DNA of 31,005 nucleotides from a virus (Duplodnaviria; Caudoviricetes): IMG/VR virus record IMGVR_UViG_3300007520_000051, positions 1 to 31,005 of that record; one strand, written 5' to 3'. The translations under genes were made by a program, and so were the position numbers. The notes beneath the pieces are model-generated. The model was not told where the DNA came from. It made no database searches and saw nothing but the letters and a program-made list of their open reading frames with translations. Below, piece after piece: positions 15,104 to 30,209 of the stretch. Numbering within the stretch: the stretch's first letter is position 1; every line of letters starts with the position of its first letter.

Positions 15104-16525
15104 ATGGGTAAAAGTTTGATGGAAACCATCGCTCTATTACCCGAAGAAGAACGCGCTTTGATACTTTCTGATATTGATCTGGACGAGCTCGTGTGGGATT
15201 GGTCTGCATGGGCTCGTCCAGAACAATTAGCACCTGAGGGTGATGACTGGAACGTTTGGCTTGTACTTGCAGGTCGTGGCTTTGGTAAAACAAGACTTGC
15301 TGCTGAGTGGGTAAGAGAGCAAGCAAAATATACAACAGAAGGTCAACGTAGATTTGCTTTAGTAGCACGTACTGCAGCAGACGTTCGTGACGTTATTGTT
15401 GAAGGTGAATCGGGCATTATTAATATTTCGCCACCTAGCGAAAAACCCCATTATGAGCCATCTAAGCGTAGATTGACTTGGCCTAACGGAAATACAGCAA
15501 CACTTTTTACAGCAGACGAACCTGACTCCCTCCGTGGTCCTCAATTTACTCACTCGTGGGGGGATGAGATTGCAGCTTGGCGTCAGACTCCAGATGCTGC
15601 AGGTATGACTGCATTTGATAACTTACGAGTCGGTACTCGTCTTGGAGCAAAACCAAAAATTGTCTGCACAACAACTCCTAAGAGGGTTCCTCTTTTATAT
15701 AAACTTATTGAAGAATCAAATAAAACTCTAAATACCGCTGCAAAAGTAGTTGTTACAAAAGGTTCAACTATGGACAACGCTGGAAATTTATCTGGTGCAT
15801 ATCTTGAAACAATCATGGGAGTTTACGAAGGAACTTCTCTTGCTAAACAAGAACTTTATGGGGAAATGCTTGACGATATGGAAGGCACCCTATGGAATAT
15901 GGAGATGATTGAATCTTCACGTCAAAATATTATGCCTTCTTATGCACCACTAAGAGTTATCGGTGTTGACCCATCTGTTGCAGAAAATCCAAGAGATGAA
16001 TGTGGAATTATTGTTTGTGCCTCTACATCAGATAGAGATCTATATAAACGTCACGCATGGGTTTTAGAAGACGCATCAATTCTTGGTTCACCAGAAGTCT
16101 GGGCTAATAAAGTAGTAGAAATGGCTAGAAGATGGGGATGTCCTGTTGTTGCGGAAGTTAATCAGGGTGGCGCTTTGGTGCGCAATGCCATTAATGCTAT
16201 TGACCCTAATGTTAAAGTTCTCGAAGTCCACTCAAAATATGGTAAAGCACTACGAGCAGAACCTACAGTCCTTGCCTACGAGCAAAAACGTATTCACCAC
16301 GTTGGCTATCTTTCAGATCTTGAAAGTCAAATGACAACATGGATACCAGAGTCGACTAAAAAATCTCCAGACAGAGTAGATGCATTAGTTCACGCACTAA
16401 CAGCTTTATTAATTAAACCACCAGCTGGTTTTGTTGGCGGAAAAATTACTGCAAAATCACCAGCGGCCCGTAGAATTCCTATAATCGGATCTACAGGCCG
16501 TGGTGCAAGGATTATTAATCCTTAA
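15104..16525 (+). CDS. terL: Terminase large subunit (Terminase_6 type)
   Basis: AGRGFGKT Walker A, LRGPQF, WGDE Walker B, TTTP coupling motif, IGVDP and SPDRVDA RNase H-like nuclease. Confidence 0.93.
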   Translation: MGKSLMETIALLPEEERALILSDIDLDELVWDWSAWARPEQLAPEGDDWNVWLVLAGRGFGKTRLAAEWVREQAKYTTEGQRRFALVARTAADVRDVIVEGESGIINISPPSEKPHYEPSKRRLTWPNGNTATLFTADEPDSLRGPQFTHSWGDEIAAWRQTPDAAGMTAFDNLRVGTRLGAKPKIVCTTTPKRVPLLYKLIEESNKTLNTAAKVVVTKGSTMDNAGNLSGAYLETIMGVYEGTSLAKQELYGEMLDDMEGTLWNMEMIESSRQNIMPSYAPLRVIGVDPSVAENPRDECGIIVCASTSDRDLYKRHAWVLEDASILGSPEVWANKVVEMARRWGCPVVAEVNQGGALVRNAINAIDPNVKVLEVHSKYGKALRAEPTVLAYEQKRIHHVGYLSDLESQMTTWIPESTKKSPDRVDALVHALTALLIKPPAGFVGGKITAKSPAARRIPIIGSTGRGARIINP

Positions 16526-16528
16526 GTA

Positions 16529-17212
16529 TTACTTAACGATTGCTGCCCAGGATTTTGGACCAACAATGCCATCTGGAGTTCCAAGAGCTTTGTAAGTTTT
16601 TTGAAAATTTACAACAGCTTTTTTAGTTTTAGCATCATAAACTCCAGTTGCAGAAACTTTAAGAGCAATTTGAAGAGCCTTTACATGCTCTCCAGATTCT
16701 CCTGGCTTTACTGGATGACCAGGGTACGCCTTTGATGGTCCAGCAGGCTTAGCAGGCTTAGCAGGCTTAGCAGGCTTAGCAGGCTTAGCAGGGACAACAG
16801 GCGCAGATCCACTATCACTTGCAAGAAGTTCTGCAGGATTAATACCGCCACCTTTAGTCCAAGTAGGTTTTGCTTGTGCTTCAAGATGAAGATGAGGGCC
16901 AGTTACGTTTCCCTCTTTACCAACTTCTCCAACTTTTTGTCCTGATTTAACAGAATCACCTTTTTTAACAAGTAACTTGCTCATGTGAGCGTACATTACA
17001 AAAAGTTTTCCATGTTGGATTACAAGAGACTTACTTCCATAAGCACCGCCCCAAACTCCAGTTCCGATAACTTTACCGTCACCAGCAGCGAACACAGGGG
17101 TACCAACAGGAGCAGCAAAATCTACCCCTTCGTGGCGTCCTGTTGTCCACATTTTCCCGGGCTTTGCAAAAACGGTCGTAATTTTATAATTTGATGGTAC
17201 TGGCCAAGCCAC
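16529..17212 (-). CDS. Endolysin: M23 peptidase, (PAK)n linker and peptidoglycan-binding domain
   Basis: HEGVD (HxxxD), YAHM, TGPHLHLE (HxH); C-terminal V..LQ..L....G.Y...T..AV..FQ...DGIVGP..W. Confidence 0.9.
   Translation of the reverse strand: MAWPVPSNYKITTVFAKPGKMWTTGRHEGVDFAAPVGTPVFAAGDGKVIGTGVWGGAYGSKSLVIQHGKLFVMYAHMSKLLVKKGDSVKSGQKVGEVGKEGNVTGPHLHLEAQAKPTWTKGGGINPAELLASDSGSAPVVPAKPAKPAKPAKPAKPAGPSKAYPGHPVKPGESGEHVKALQIALKVSATGVYDAKTKKAVVNFQKTYKALGTPDGIVGPKSWAAIVK
16742..16792. repeat. 9-bp tandem repeat (AGCAGGCTT, about 5.7 copies) encoding the PAK linker
   Basis: Perfect repeat visible in the sequence. Confidence 0.9.
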
Positions 17213-17280
17213 GTATATACACCTCGTGTTAGATAAAAAGATTTACTTATCTAAAATACACGAAATACAGAGTAGTGATT

Positions 17281-19935
17281 TTATCGAGCAAATCTCATAG
17301 CAGTTGTCCAGTCCGTGTCCATTGACTCTACAGCTCTAGGAATTAAGATTTTTCCATTTATAAGTGCTTTAGCTCCAGTGCCAACAATGTTTAGATTTCT
17401 ATCCGTAAGCTTTCTTTGGAATGCAATCTGAGTCATAGCTCTCTCACCGCGTTGCTCGCTCCAAAGCTTGTAAATTGTGTACACGTCTTTTAGAGGAACT
17501 GAAGATCCTTCAATATCTCTCATTTCTTCATCTAAAAACATACCAATTCTATCTTCATTTTTTCTGTAAATTTCAGAAGCTTCATTTACAGCAGCACACG
17601 AACCCAAAGCATCTTTAGATCCAGATCCTAAAATTTTAATTGCACCTTCAACTGCCCAAGAAAGTACAGCAGGAAGAGCACCATTAGGATCAAAAATATA
17701 TTCTTTTAAGTCAGGGTCAGAAACCTCTGGTGGTCGCATCAATGGAATAGGTTTAATACGACGCCACATGGCTTCATCAGTAATAATTGGCCTATGGTTA
17801 GTTGTAATCCAAAGCTTAGCTTTTGACTCGAAAGTAAATGGACGTTCACCTGGAGAACGCGCAGAAATTTCTGTAGATCCAGTAAGTTTCTTTACGGCAT
17901 TTTCTTTTAAACGTTCTGACTCAGGTAATTCATCCACCCAAACCATTCGGCGACCACGAAGCATCGCCCAGTGGTACAAATCTGAACTGTTAGATTGTCC
18001 GTCATTCATAGCAAGAATTGTTGAGTCCATAGGGAATGCATACTGATCCGTACCTAATGCTTTAACTAATGCCTCGACTAAAGTATTTTTACCAGATCCA
18101 GCAGGACCGTAAACTAAAAACATAACGTCATACTTACGAGAACCAGTAAGCGTGTAGCCAGCTGCTCTTTGAATAAATTCCTGAAGCTCTTTATCTCCAC
18201 CAGTTGCATAATCAATAAATTGTTGCCATCTAGTGTTAGTTAGACCAGGGGTGTATGAAATCGGAGACTTTCTTGTTATAAATAAATCTTGTCTACCTTT
18301 AAGAAGTTCTCCAGTTCTTAAATCAACTACCCCATTTGATACACCTAAGTAGTGCTCATCTTTATCCCACTCGCTAACTTCTACCAAAATTCTTGGGTCG
18401 GAGTTTGCACTTCTAATTGCAGCATCAATTCTTGCATTTGACTTTGATGTTTTAGCAAAACCAAGAATTTCTCCTTGCTTATCAGTATCACCTGCATAGT
18501 GCGATACTTCACTGCCAATTACTGAAGCAAGTTTTTTTGATATTTCTTGCATACCGAGAAGTTCTATATCTGGTCGCCAATAAACTCCATCCCATTTAAA
18601 CCAACCAAGACCTTCAGAATAACGAATGTTTTGACCAAATACGTCAACAATTCTTCTACCATTACCAGTGTCGGTGAGAGATCGTAAACCAATCATTCCC
18701 CCATCAGATTCAGATATAGCATCAACATCTCTAGGAATATTCATATTAGTTAAAGAGACTGCCTCTTCAAACGAACTTCCACTTTCCAATGCTTCACTAA
18801 TAGATCCAGCAGGGGTACCTGGTAGAGGACTATTGGTATTAAAAGTTTCATACTTAGGTTGGACAACGCCAGTTAGCGCCTTAGGAACAATATCTTCCGT
18901 ATTACCCTGAGAGGCAGAAATTTTTTCTGCGTTATTTTTCATCCATTCATCAACATAAGGAGCAATCTTTTTGATTATTGGATTTTGTTGTACAAAATCA
19001 AAAGCACGATTAAATTGAAAAAGAACGCCCTCTGGACCTTCAAGAGGAAGAGGTGGACGAACTTTTTCATGATTAAAACGAATAATTAAAGCTTCAGCTG
19101 CAGATCGATTAATTGGATCTACACCCATTTTATTTGCAAGAGCGCAAGATAGTTTGTAGATATCTACAACGCGGTGACCCTCATCAAGACCTTCATCAAG
19201 AATTTTGTCTATATCTACACGTTCGCCATCAATCTCTACGTCACCAAATACATAATCCCAGTCAAGTTCTCCCAAAGACATTTTAGATTTAGCAGATCTA
19301 GTTCCATTTTTGCGAAGTAAAGACAGTAGGTCTTCAGGAGCCTCTGCCATTTCTATTTCCCACGGGGCATGTCCCTCTACCCAGTTGTAGCAATATCCAG
19401 AGAAGTGTCGAGATGGCGCAATAAGTACATAACCATTGTGTTTAATATCAACACCTTTGAGGTTATTCTTCATCAAATTACCATGAAGGGCTTCTGAAGG
19501 ATCGCACTTGTAAAATAAATGACGACCACGAACGGTTCTACCGTTTAAGGTATATTCTCCCGTTAAAGCTTCAACGGTGGGAGGAAGATTGCCATCTAAT
19601 AATTCTTCAAATCTTTGAAAAGACTCAAAACCACCAGAGCGCGGATCAACATCTATAACAAGAAATCCTGAAGAACGACAGGAAACAGCAACGTTTGCTT
19701 CGGGAGTTTGACTCCACCAGTCTTCAATAACTTCTTGATCGTCGGTAGCACGGATGTTCCACTCATCAATTGCTGGATGCTTAGCTAAATCTTTAGGCTC
19801 CGAGTGAGGACGACCACATGTACATCTTCCACCGTCAATAATTCCATGACAAGGGAGAATCTTCCACCCCTGAGATGCGTACCACTCAGCTGCTTTAAAT
19901 AGTCGACCACTATCAGCTGCCTCCCAACCTGCCAC
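17281..19935 (-). CDS. Bifunctional primase-polymerase (AEP) fused to a D5/P4-family SF3 helicase
   Basis: KHP, VIDVDPR (DxD), GRHLFY, GYVLIAPSRH; TDTGNG.R; GPAGSGKNT Walker A; WVDE; ITTNHRP. Confidence 0.92.
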   Translation of the reverse strand: MAGWEAADSGRLFKAAEWYASQGWKILPCHGIIDGGRCTCGRPHSEPKDLAKHPAIDEWNIRATDDQEVIEDWWSQTPEANVAVSCRSSGFLVIDVDPRSGGFESFQRFEELLDGNLPPTVEALTGEYTLNGRTVRGRHLFYKCDPSEALHGNLMKNNLKGVDIKHNGYVLIAPSRHFSGYCYNWVEGHAPWEIEMAEAPEDLLSLLRKNGTRSAKSKMSLGELDWDYVFGDVEIDGERVDIDKILDEGLDEGHRVVDIYKLSCALANKMGVDPINRSAAEALIIRFNHEKVRPPLPLEGPEGVLFQFNRAFDFVQQNPIIKKIAPYVDEWMKNNAEKISASQGNTEDIVPKALTGVVQPKYETFNTNSPLPGTPAGSISEALESGSSFEEAVSLTNMNIPRDVDAISESDGGMIGLRSLTDTGNGRRIVDVFGQNIRYSEGLGWFKWDGVYWRPDIELLGMQEISKKLASVIGSEVSHYAGDTDKQGEILGFAKTSKSNARIDAAIRSANSDPRILVEVSEWDKDEHYLGVSNGVVDLRTGELLKGRQDLFITRKSPISYTPGLTNTRWQQFIDYATGGDKELQEFIQRAAGYTLTGSRKYDVMFLVYGPAGSGKNTLVEALVKALGTDQYAFPMDSTILAMNDGQSNSSDLYHWAMLRGRRMVWVDELPESERLKENAVKKLTGSTEISARSPGERPFTFESKAKLWITTNHRPIITDEAMWRRIKPIPLMRPPEVSDPDLKEYIFDPNGALPAVLSWAVEGAIKILGSGSKDALGSCAAVNEASEIYRKNEDRIGMFLDEEMRDIEGSSVPLKDVYTIYKLWSEQRGERAMTQIAFQRKLTDRNLNIVGTGAKALINGKILIPRAVESMDTDWTTAMRFAR

Positions 19936-20271
19936 TTACATGTCACCAACAACTGCGTAATTATCATTAAAGGTTGACAAAGATAAAAACCAAGATTCGG
20001 CATCATTAATTAAAATATAAACTCGTTCTCTGCCAGTTTCAGTTTTTGTTAAAACTGCTGGAAGCTCCCCCACAGAAACTGCTCTAAATATAACTCTAGT
20101 TGGTAACCCATACTTAAGGGCAATAGCCCTAACACTCAGTCTTTTTTGAGTATTCAATGCAGTTTCCTTCTCTGATACAGATAATTTTAATAGAACGTAC
20201 CCTAAATAAATCTTTTCGTCAACATCTTTACAAATTTGATTAATTAGGTGAATAACGAAACTATACATCAT
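19936..20271 (-). CDS. HTH (excisionase/MerR-like) DNA-binding protein; true start probably downstream of 20271
   Basis: LSVRAIALKYGLPTRVIFRAV..GELPA; abuts the primase start. Confidence 0.55.
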   Translation of the reverse strand: MMYSFVIHLINQICKDVDEKIYLGYVLLKLSVSEKETALNTQKRLSVRAIALKYGLPTRVIFRAVSVGELPAVLTKTETGRERVYILINDAESWFLSLSTFNDNYAVVGDM

Positions 20272-20360
20272 TTTAAATTTAGGTAGATAAGAATCGCCAA
20301 TAGATGTTTTAAACCTAGATTAGAATTAGCTATTATTACTTAAAATACTTTAGGACATAA

Positions 20361-20717
20361 ATGTTTCCAATTAGCTGGTGGGAGCCAGGTACTCCAAGTT
20401 CTTTAGATATCGGAGATGCATCAGCTATTTTATTTTTCTTAATAGGCCTTGCAACAACCGCCATGGGAATGGGTCAATGGTGGATGAAAAAACTTAAGTA
20501 TGCAATAAAACAAGAAATCATCACTGCTACCATACAAATCCAACCTACAGCTAATGGTGGTCTAAGTCTGCCAGATGTGGCAAGAAGATTACAAAAAGTT
20601 GAAAGAGTGCTAGACGAAGTTCAGCTACAAAATTTAGAAACAAGAGATATAATACTTCAAGTTTTAGTAGATAAAGAAGTAAAAACAAAACGACCAAGAG
20701 TGAATAAAAGCGCCTAG
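20361..20717 (+). CDS. Single-TM membrane protein (actinophage lysis-region type)
   Basis: Hydrophobic helix followed by IQP.ANGG.SL.D and a coiled coil; AGGA RBS. Confidence 0.7.
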   Translation: MFPISWWEPGTPSSLDIGDASAILFFLIGLATTAMGMGQWWMKKLKYAIKQEIITATIQIQPTANGGLSLPDVARRLQKVERVLDEVQLQNLETRDIILQVLVDKEVKTKRPRVNKSA

Positions 20718-20767
20718 TTTCTGAGCACTTTTATTAAATAAACGACACGCCGAAAGTATCTTTATAC

Positions 20768-20797
20768 TTGCGCATTAATTATTTCTTTTGATAGAGT
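20768..20797 (+). promoter_or_regulatory. Putative sigma70-type promoter
   Basis: TTGCGC-18nt-TAGAGT, preceded by CGACACGCCG. Confidence 0.45.
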
Positions 20798-20885
20798 TTT
20801 AATCAGAGATTTTGCTCTTTTTGATGCAACCCTTGTTAGTTGAGTTGTTTAAAAAGACAAACCATATTAGAAGGAAAAAACTTCA

Positions 20886-21185
20886 ATGAGCCTGTCAGAA
20901 AAACTTTTAGAAGTTACGCCCCCATCATATGGTCTCCCTTGTGGCATATCCGAAGTCAAAAAACAAATGAGCGAAAAAGACTTAGAAGCTTTAGATTCTG
21001 CAATGCTAATTGGCAAGGAATCCCCTAAGCGTTTGTCAAATAGACAGATTCAACAAGTCTTAATTAGCGAAGGCTACGAAGTGGCGTACTCATCGATATC
21101 CCTACATAGGCGTCAGCAGTGCAGATGCTTTACAGGTAAAAGCCGTAATTATAAAGAAAATTCAGCTTCTAAGTTAGGTCTTTAA
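20886..21185 (+). CDS. Small putative zinc-binding/HTH protein paired with the phosphoesterase
   Basis: C near the N-terminus and H..x.CxC at the C-terminus; GAAGGA RBS. Confidence 0.7.
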   Translation: MSLSEKLLEVTPPSYGLPCGISEVKKQMSEKDLEALDSAMLIGKESPKRLSNRQIQQVLISEGYEVAYSSISLHRRQQCRCFTGKSRNYKENSASKLGL

Positions 21186-21187
21186 CT

Positions 21188-22387
21188 ATGAGTGAAAGTC
21201 TATCCGACAAGTTTGAAGCTTTAGTTAGCCCTGGCCCATCTGGCTCCGATGTTAGGCAAACTAATACCCCCGAAGCTTGGCGCCCGAGAATGGATGTTGG
21301 CGAAAAAGATGGCGGATATGTCATATCTACCGCACGAAATATTGATCAAATTCCAGATGTAGAAGATATTTTAAGTGAATTTGACTTAAATCCTGAGTCC
21401 TGGCACGTAACTTCAGTACGTCAATCAAGATGGCAAAAATTTGATGGAGAGTGGCTTCAGGCATTTAGAGTAAACCTTGTACCAGCAACTTCACTTCTTG
21501 AGTCAGATTTAGACCTAGAAAAACTTGTTGACGAAATAAAAAACTGGAAACCTGCAAAGTTAGAAAAAAATATAAATGGAAACATTGCATACATGGTATC
21601 GGCATCCGATCAACAAATTGGTAAAAAAGCCAACGGAGAAGGCACCCAGCAATCTGTAGAAAGAATTCTTAGTGGAACCGAAGGGGCAGTACATAGGCTT
21701 CATGAACTAAGAAAAATAGGAAGAAGCGTTGGAACTATAGTTCTTGCCTTACCTGGAGATCACGTAGAAGGTAACGTATCCCAGCACGGAAGATTGCAAG
21801 GTTTAGCCTCCTCTGATCTAGGACTAACAGAACAAACTCGTGTAGCCAGACGTATACTTATGGCTCAAATAAAGGCTTTTGCACCACTTTGTGAAAGACT
21901 GATCGTTCCTGTAGTTAATGGAAATCATGACGAAGTTACACGTCAAGTAGTAGCAGACCCATCTGATGGCTGGAACGTAGAGATTGCATCAGCAGTACAA
22001 GATGCTTGCGCTGAAAATCCAAACTTATCTCACGTAGAGTTTAGATTTCCAGCAAAAGGTCATCAAACACTAGCTGTAGATATTTGCGGCACAATGCTTG
22101 GACTTTTCCATGGGCATCAGTCTGGTAGAGATGTAACAAAATATTTATCAGGGCAAGCTGCAGGGCAAACATCCTTAGGAATGTGCGATGTTTGGGTATC
22201 AGGGCATTTTCACAACTATAAAAGTATGGATATAGGTACGCGCCTATGGGTCCAATGTCCCACTACAGATCCTGGATCCGAGTGGTTTAGAGATAGACAA
22301 GGCTTAGAATCTAAGCCAGGTCTACTTACCATGGTTATAGGTGAGGACCATGATCCAAGACGTGATATCAGCATTATTGGAGTATAA
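21188..22387 (+). CDS. Calcineurin-like metallophosphoesterase
   Basis: Motifs SDQQIG, GDHVEG, GNHDE, FHGH, GHFH. Confidence 0.85.
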   Translation: MSESLSDKFEALVSPGPSGSDVRQTNTPEAWRPRMDVGEKDGGYVISTARNIDQIPDVEDILSEFDLNPESWHVTSVRQSRWQKFDGEWLQAFRVNLVPATSLLESDLDLEKLVDEIKNWKPAKLEKNINGNIAYMVSASDQQIGKKANGEGTQQSVERILSGTEGAVHRLHELRKIGRSVGTIVLALPGDHVEGNVSQHGRLQGLASSDLGLTEQTRVARRILMAQIKAFAPLCERLIVPVVNGNHDEVTRQVVADPSDGWNVEIASAVQDACAENPNLSHVEFRFPAKGHQTLAVDICGTMLGLFHGHQSGRDVTKYLSGQAAGQTSLGMCDVWVSGHFHNYKSMDIGTRLWVQCPTTDPGSEWFRDRQGLESKPGLLTMVIGEDHDPRRDISIIGV

Positions 22388-22435
22388 ACAGGCTAGAATA
22401 GCCAAGTAGTCTTTGCAAAAATATCGTAATATTAG

Positions 22436-26845
<4,410 letters not shown>

Positions 26846-26876
26846 TGAAAATAATTATTTTAAGAGGAGGTAACTA

Positions 26877-27566
26877 ATGGCTATAAATTTCCCAAATACT
26901 CCAGCAGTAGATGACATTTATACTTACCTAACTCAAACATATATTTGGAACGGGTTTTATTGGAGACTAGTTCGTACTAGCGCTGTAGGCCCAACTGGTC
27001 CAACAGGGCCTGCTGGCGCTGACTCAACTGCCGTAGGATCAACTGGTCCCACTGGAGATCTAGGTTCAACGGGACCTACTGGCCCAGCTGGCATAATTCC
27101 TGGCCCAACTGGTCCAACAGGTCCTGCAGGATCTTTTGGTTTCACCGCTTGGACAACATACAGCCCTACTTGGACTTCCAATGGTACGCAACCTGTATTA
27201 GGTAACGGAACTTTAACTGGTAGATATGTATCGCTAGGGGCAACTATTGTTGGCGAGATAAGAATGGTTGCTGGTTCTAGCGGTTTTAGTAGAGGAAGTG
27301 GGAAGTACTACTTTTCTCTTCCTTCTACAGGTGTAGCAGAAAATTTTCAACCAATGGGTCAAGTTGTTATTAGAGATGAAGGCCCTGGTCTGACTTACTT
27401 CGGTACAGCAATTTTTAATGAAGGAAATGATGCAAGAATTGAAGCCTGGGTGCATGGTCAATCAGCAGCTTATGACGAAGGTTTTCCTGTCGGCTCAGAT
27501 GTACCTTTTTTGTTCAGTGCAAGCGATAGAATTTTAATTCACTTTACATATGAATCGGTGGTTTAG
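26877..27566 (+). CDS. Short collagen-like fibre protein with a C-terminal beta-sandwich tip
   Basis: MAINFP N-module; GXT repeats; WT.Y.P.W.....GNGTL.GRY tip domain; GGAGG RBS. Confidence 0.85.
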   Translation: MAINFPNTPAVDDIYTYLTQTYIWNGFYWRLVRTSAVGPTGPTGPAGADSTAVGSTGPTGDLGSTGPTGPAGIIPGPTGPTGPAGSFGFTAWTTYSPTWTSNGTQPVLGNGTLTGRYVSLGATIVGEIRMVAGSSGFSRGSGKYYFSLPSTGVAENFQPMGQVVIRDEGPGLTYFGTAIFNEGNDARIEAWVHGQSAAYDEGFPVGSDVPFLFSASDRILIHFTYESVV

Positions 27567-27573
27567 TTAATAA

Positions 27574-28983
27574 ATGGCTATTAATTTTCCAGACACACCA
27601 ACTCTAAACCAACAGTATTCTTTTGGATTTAACACCTGGGAGTGGGATGGAGTTGCTTGGCAACTTGTTATTTCTGAGGTAGTTGGTCCAACGGGGCCTA
27701 CTGGTCCTACAGGTAACGCATCAACAGTTACAGGTCCTACAGGTTCTACAGGTAACTTTAATACAGTTTCTGATACCCCTCCTGCAGATCCAGACCCAGG
27801 TGATGCTTGGTTTAACTCAGCTACAGGTCAAATATATGTATATTATGACGGTTTTTGGATTGAATCTGCTTCTAGCAGTATCGGACCGCAAGGACCAACG
27901 GGTGCAACCGGGCCTATCGGAGATGCGAGCACGGTAACTGGTCCTACTGGACCTACAGGTTCAACTGGTGCAACAGGATCTATAGGTCAAACGGGTCCCA
28001 CAGGTCTATCAGTTACTGGCCCAACTGGACCAACTGGACCAAGAGGGTCAACTGGACCACAGGGAGTTACTGGACCTGATGGTCAACAAGGTGTTATTGG
28101 ACCGCAAGGGTCAGCTGGTGATATCGGTTCTCAAGGTATTGAAGGACCAACTGGGCCTACTGGCGCTACTGGGTCTCAGGGTCCGCAGGGTCCTACTGGA
28201 GTTAGAGGTTTTACAGGATTTACAGGACCGCAAGGTGCTACAGGTGCTACGGGTGCATCTGTTACTGGATCTACGGGACCTAGCGGACCAACTGGTCCTA
28301 GTGGCGGGCCAACTGGACCAACGGGTTCTACAGGTGCTACAGGTGCTACAGGTATTCAAGGCGAGACTGGTCTTAGAGGTGTAACTGGTGCAACGGGTGC
28401 TACAGGTGCTGCCTCAACAATTGCAGGTCCAACGGGCGCTACGGGACCAACTGGCCCTATATCCACACAGCCGTCAGTGACCCCTGGCCCAACTGGTCCG
28501 ACGGGTGCAACGGGTGCTGCTTCTCAGGTAACAGGACCAACTGGTGCACTAGGCCCAACTGGTCCGACGGGTGCAACGGGTGCTGCTTCTCAGGTAACAG
28601 GACCAACTGGTGCACTAGGCCCAACTGGTCTAACGGGTGCTAATTCAGTAGTACCTGGACCACCATTTTATGATCTAGTAGTTGCTTCAGCTAGTGGAAC
28701 TAGTTACACGTTATCTCTCGATGATAGAGGGGATCTAGTACAAACAATTGGATCTGCTGCTGTATCAGTTATTATTCCTACGGATGCAAGCGTACTTTTC
28801 CCTACAGGAGCTCAAATTCTTCTTGTGCAAGGAGGGGAAGGGCAAGTAACTATAACTGAAGCTGTAGGTGTAACTTTAGTGTCAGAAGGTAGTAGAAGAA
28901 AAATTAAATCTCAATATGGCGTTGCTTCACTAATTAAATTATCTTCGAATAGATGGCTTTTAACTGGAAACATAGTGTCTTAA
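27574..28983 (+). CDS. Collagen-like fibre protein
   Basis: MAINFP module; GDAWF module; C-terminal SYTL...D...V.IP.DA.V.FP.G..I...Q.G.GQV...W.L.G domain. Confidence 0.85.
   Translation: MAINFPDTPTLNQQYSFGFNTWEWDGVAWQLVISEVVGPTGPTGPTGNASTVTGPTGSTGNFNTVSDTPPADPDPGDAWFNSATGQIYVYYDGFWIESASSSIGPQGPTGATGPIGDASTVTGPTGPTGSTGATGSIGQTGPTGLSVTGPTGPTGPRGSTGPQGVTGPDGQQGVIGPQGSAGDIGSQGIEGPTGPTGATGSQGPQGPTGVRGFTGFTGPQGATGATGASVTGSTGPSGPTGPSGGPTGPTGSTGATGATGIQGETGLRGVTGATGATGAASTIAGPTGATGPTGPISTQPSVTPGPTGPTGATGAASQVTGPTGALGPTGPTGATGAASQVTGPTGALGPTGLTGANSVVPGPPFYDLVVASASGTSYTLSLDDRGDLVQTIGSAAVSVIIPTDASVLFPTGAQILLVQGGEGQVTITEAVGVTLVSEGSRRKIKSQYGVASLIKLSSNRWLLTGNIVS
28486..28630 (+). repeat. 66-bp tandem duplication
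   Basis: GGCCCAACTGGTC... recurs at 28486, 28552 and 28618. Confidence 0.85.
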
Positions 28984-28986
28984 ATT

Positions 28987-29979
28987 ATGTACACAGTGAC
29001 TCATGCATTTATTTCAACAGATTTTACATCATTTACTCCCATATCTTGGGCTCAAGTAACTAACACAGCTTTTGGTCTGTCAAATATAAACTCTGTTGCC
29101 TTTGGAAATGAAAAGTATCTTGTAGTGGGGGATGCTGGAAAAATGTCAATAAGTTCTACTATCTCATCAGGATGGTCTTTAGTTGCAAATTCTTCTTTTG
29201 GAACAGCAAAAATAGTTACAGTAAGCTATGGAAACAATTTATTTGTAGCAGCTGGTGCAGTAGGAAAACTTGCTACATCTGTAAATGGAATTAATTGGAC
29301 TCAGCGCTCCTCATCATTTGGATCAGCAACAATTATGTCTGTAGCCTACTCAAGTGCGTTTAATAAATGGTATGCGGTAAGTAATGATGGAAAAATTGGA
29401 ACTTCAGTAAATGGAATATCTTGGACTTTAATTGCAACACCTTTTAGTTCTACGCAAATTAACACAGTATATGTAGGAAAAATTTACACTATATCGAGTA
29501 CAGAATTTGACATAAACGGACTTCCTATAGTTACGTACTCAGGGCAAGACATAGTTGTAGCTGCTGGCTATGAAGGAAAACTTGCTACATTTACTGCAGG
29601 AGACAATGCTTGGATACTTAGAGAATCTGGTTTTGTGACAGATACAATATATGACATTTCTTCAGATGTAGAAAATAGATATGTTGCAATTGGAGATCTA
29701 GGTAAGGTTGCAATCTCTAATGGAGGTACTGTTTGGCAATCGGCATATCCATCAACATCATTTGGTTCATCAACAATTAGAACAATTTCTGTTGCTCCAA
29801 TCTACGGAACGGCTTTTGTAGCAGCTGGTGCAGTAGGAAAACTTGCTACATCTTATGCTGGAGCTTCATGGGATCAAAGAACCTCTTCTTTCGGATCGAG
29901 TACAATAAACAGTATACTTGTGACAGAAGACAGAGCTGTAGCCGTCGGCAATGCTGGAAAAATAGCTTACTCACTATAA
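28987..29979 (+). CDS. BNR/YCF48-like beta-propeller virion protein (putative receptor-binding)
   Basis: Repeated SFG.S.I..V.YGN..FVA.G..GK.ATS.NG..W units. Confidence 0.8.
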   Translation: MYTVTHAFISTDFTSFTPISWAQVTNTAFGLSNINSVAFGNEKYLVVGDAGKMSISSTISSGWSLVANSSFGTAKIVTVSYGNNLFVAAGAVGKLATSVNGINWTQRSSSFGSATIMSVAYSSAFNKWYAVSNDGKIGTSVNGISWTLIATPFSSTQINTVYVGKIYTISSTEFDINGLPIVTYSGQDIVVAAGYEGKLATFTAGDNAWILRESGFVTDTIYDISSDVENRYVAIGDLGKVAISNGGTVWQSAYPSTSFGSSTIRTISVAPIYGTAFVAAGAVGKLATSYAGASWDQRTSSFGSSTINSILVTEDRAVAVGNAGKIAYSL

Positions 29980-29988
29980 GGAATTAAA

Positions 29989-30141
29989 ATGTATACATAT
30001 GAAGTTACTGGAACTCCACCAATCTGTAAAATTATGTTTGATGGTAATGTAATAGATAACAGCGGGCCTTGGGAATCTAAAGAAGCCGCTGAGCGATGGG
30101 CAGAAGCCTACACAAACAAGTTAAACGCTGGTTTAAACTAA
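29989..30141 (+). CDS. Small protein (50 aa), possible fibre-associated chaperone
   Basis: AAGGA RBS; MYTYEV...GPWESKEAAERWAE; below the ORF-track cut-off. Confidence 0.7.
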   Translation: MYTYEVTGTPPICKIMFDGNVIDNSGPWESKEAAERWAEAYTNKLNAGLN

Positions 30142-30209
30142 TCTAACTTTAAATTTTTAGGTTAGAATAGACTTTAGCCACCAGACCGCCAATAAGGAGA
30201 CACCAGACC

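Noticed and set aside
1323-19935. Inteins or introns in nrdJ, terL or the primase-helicase
   Set aside because: The ORFs are continuous and of normal length, with no C/S...HN splice motifs or LAGLIDADG signatures seen.
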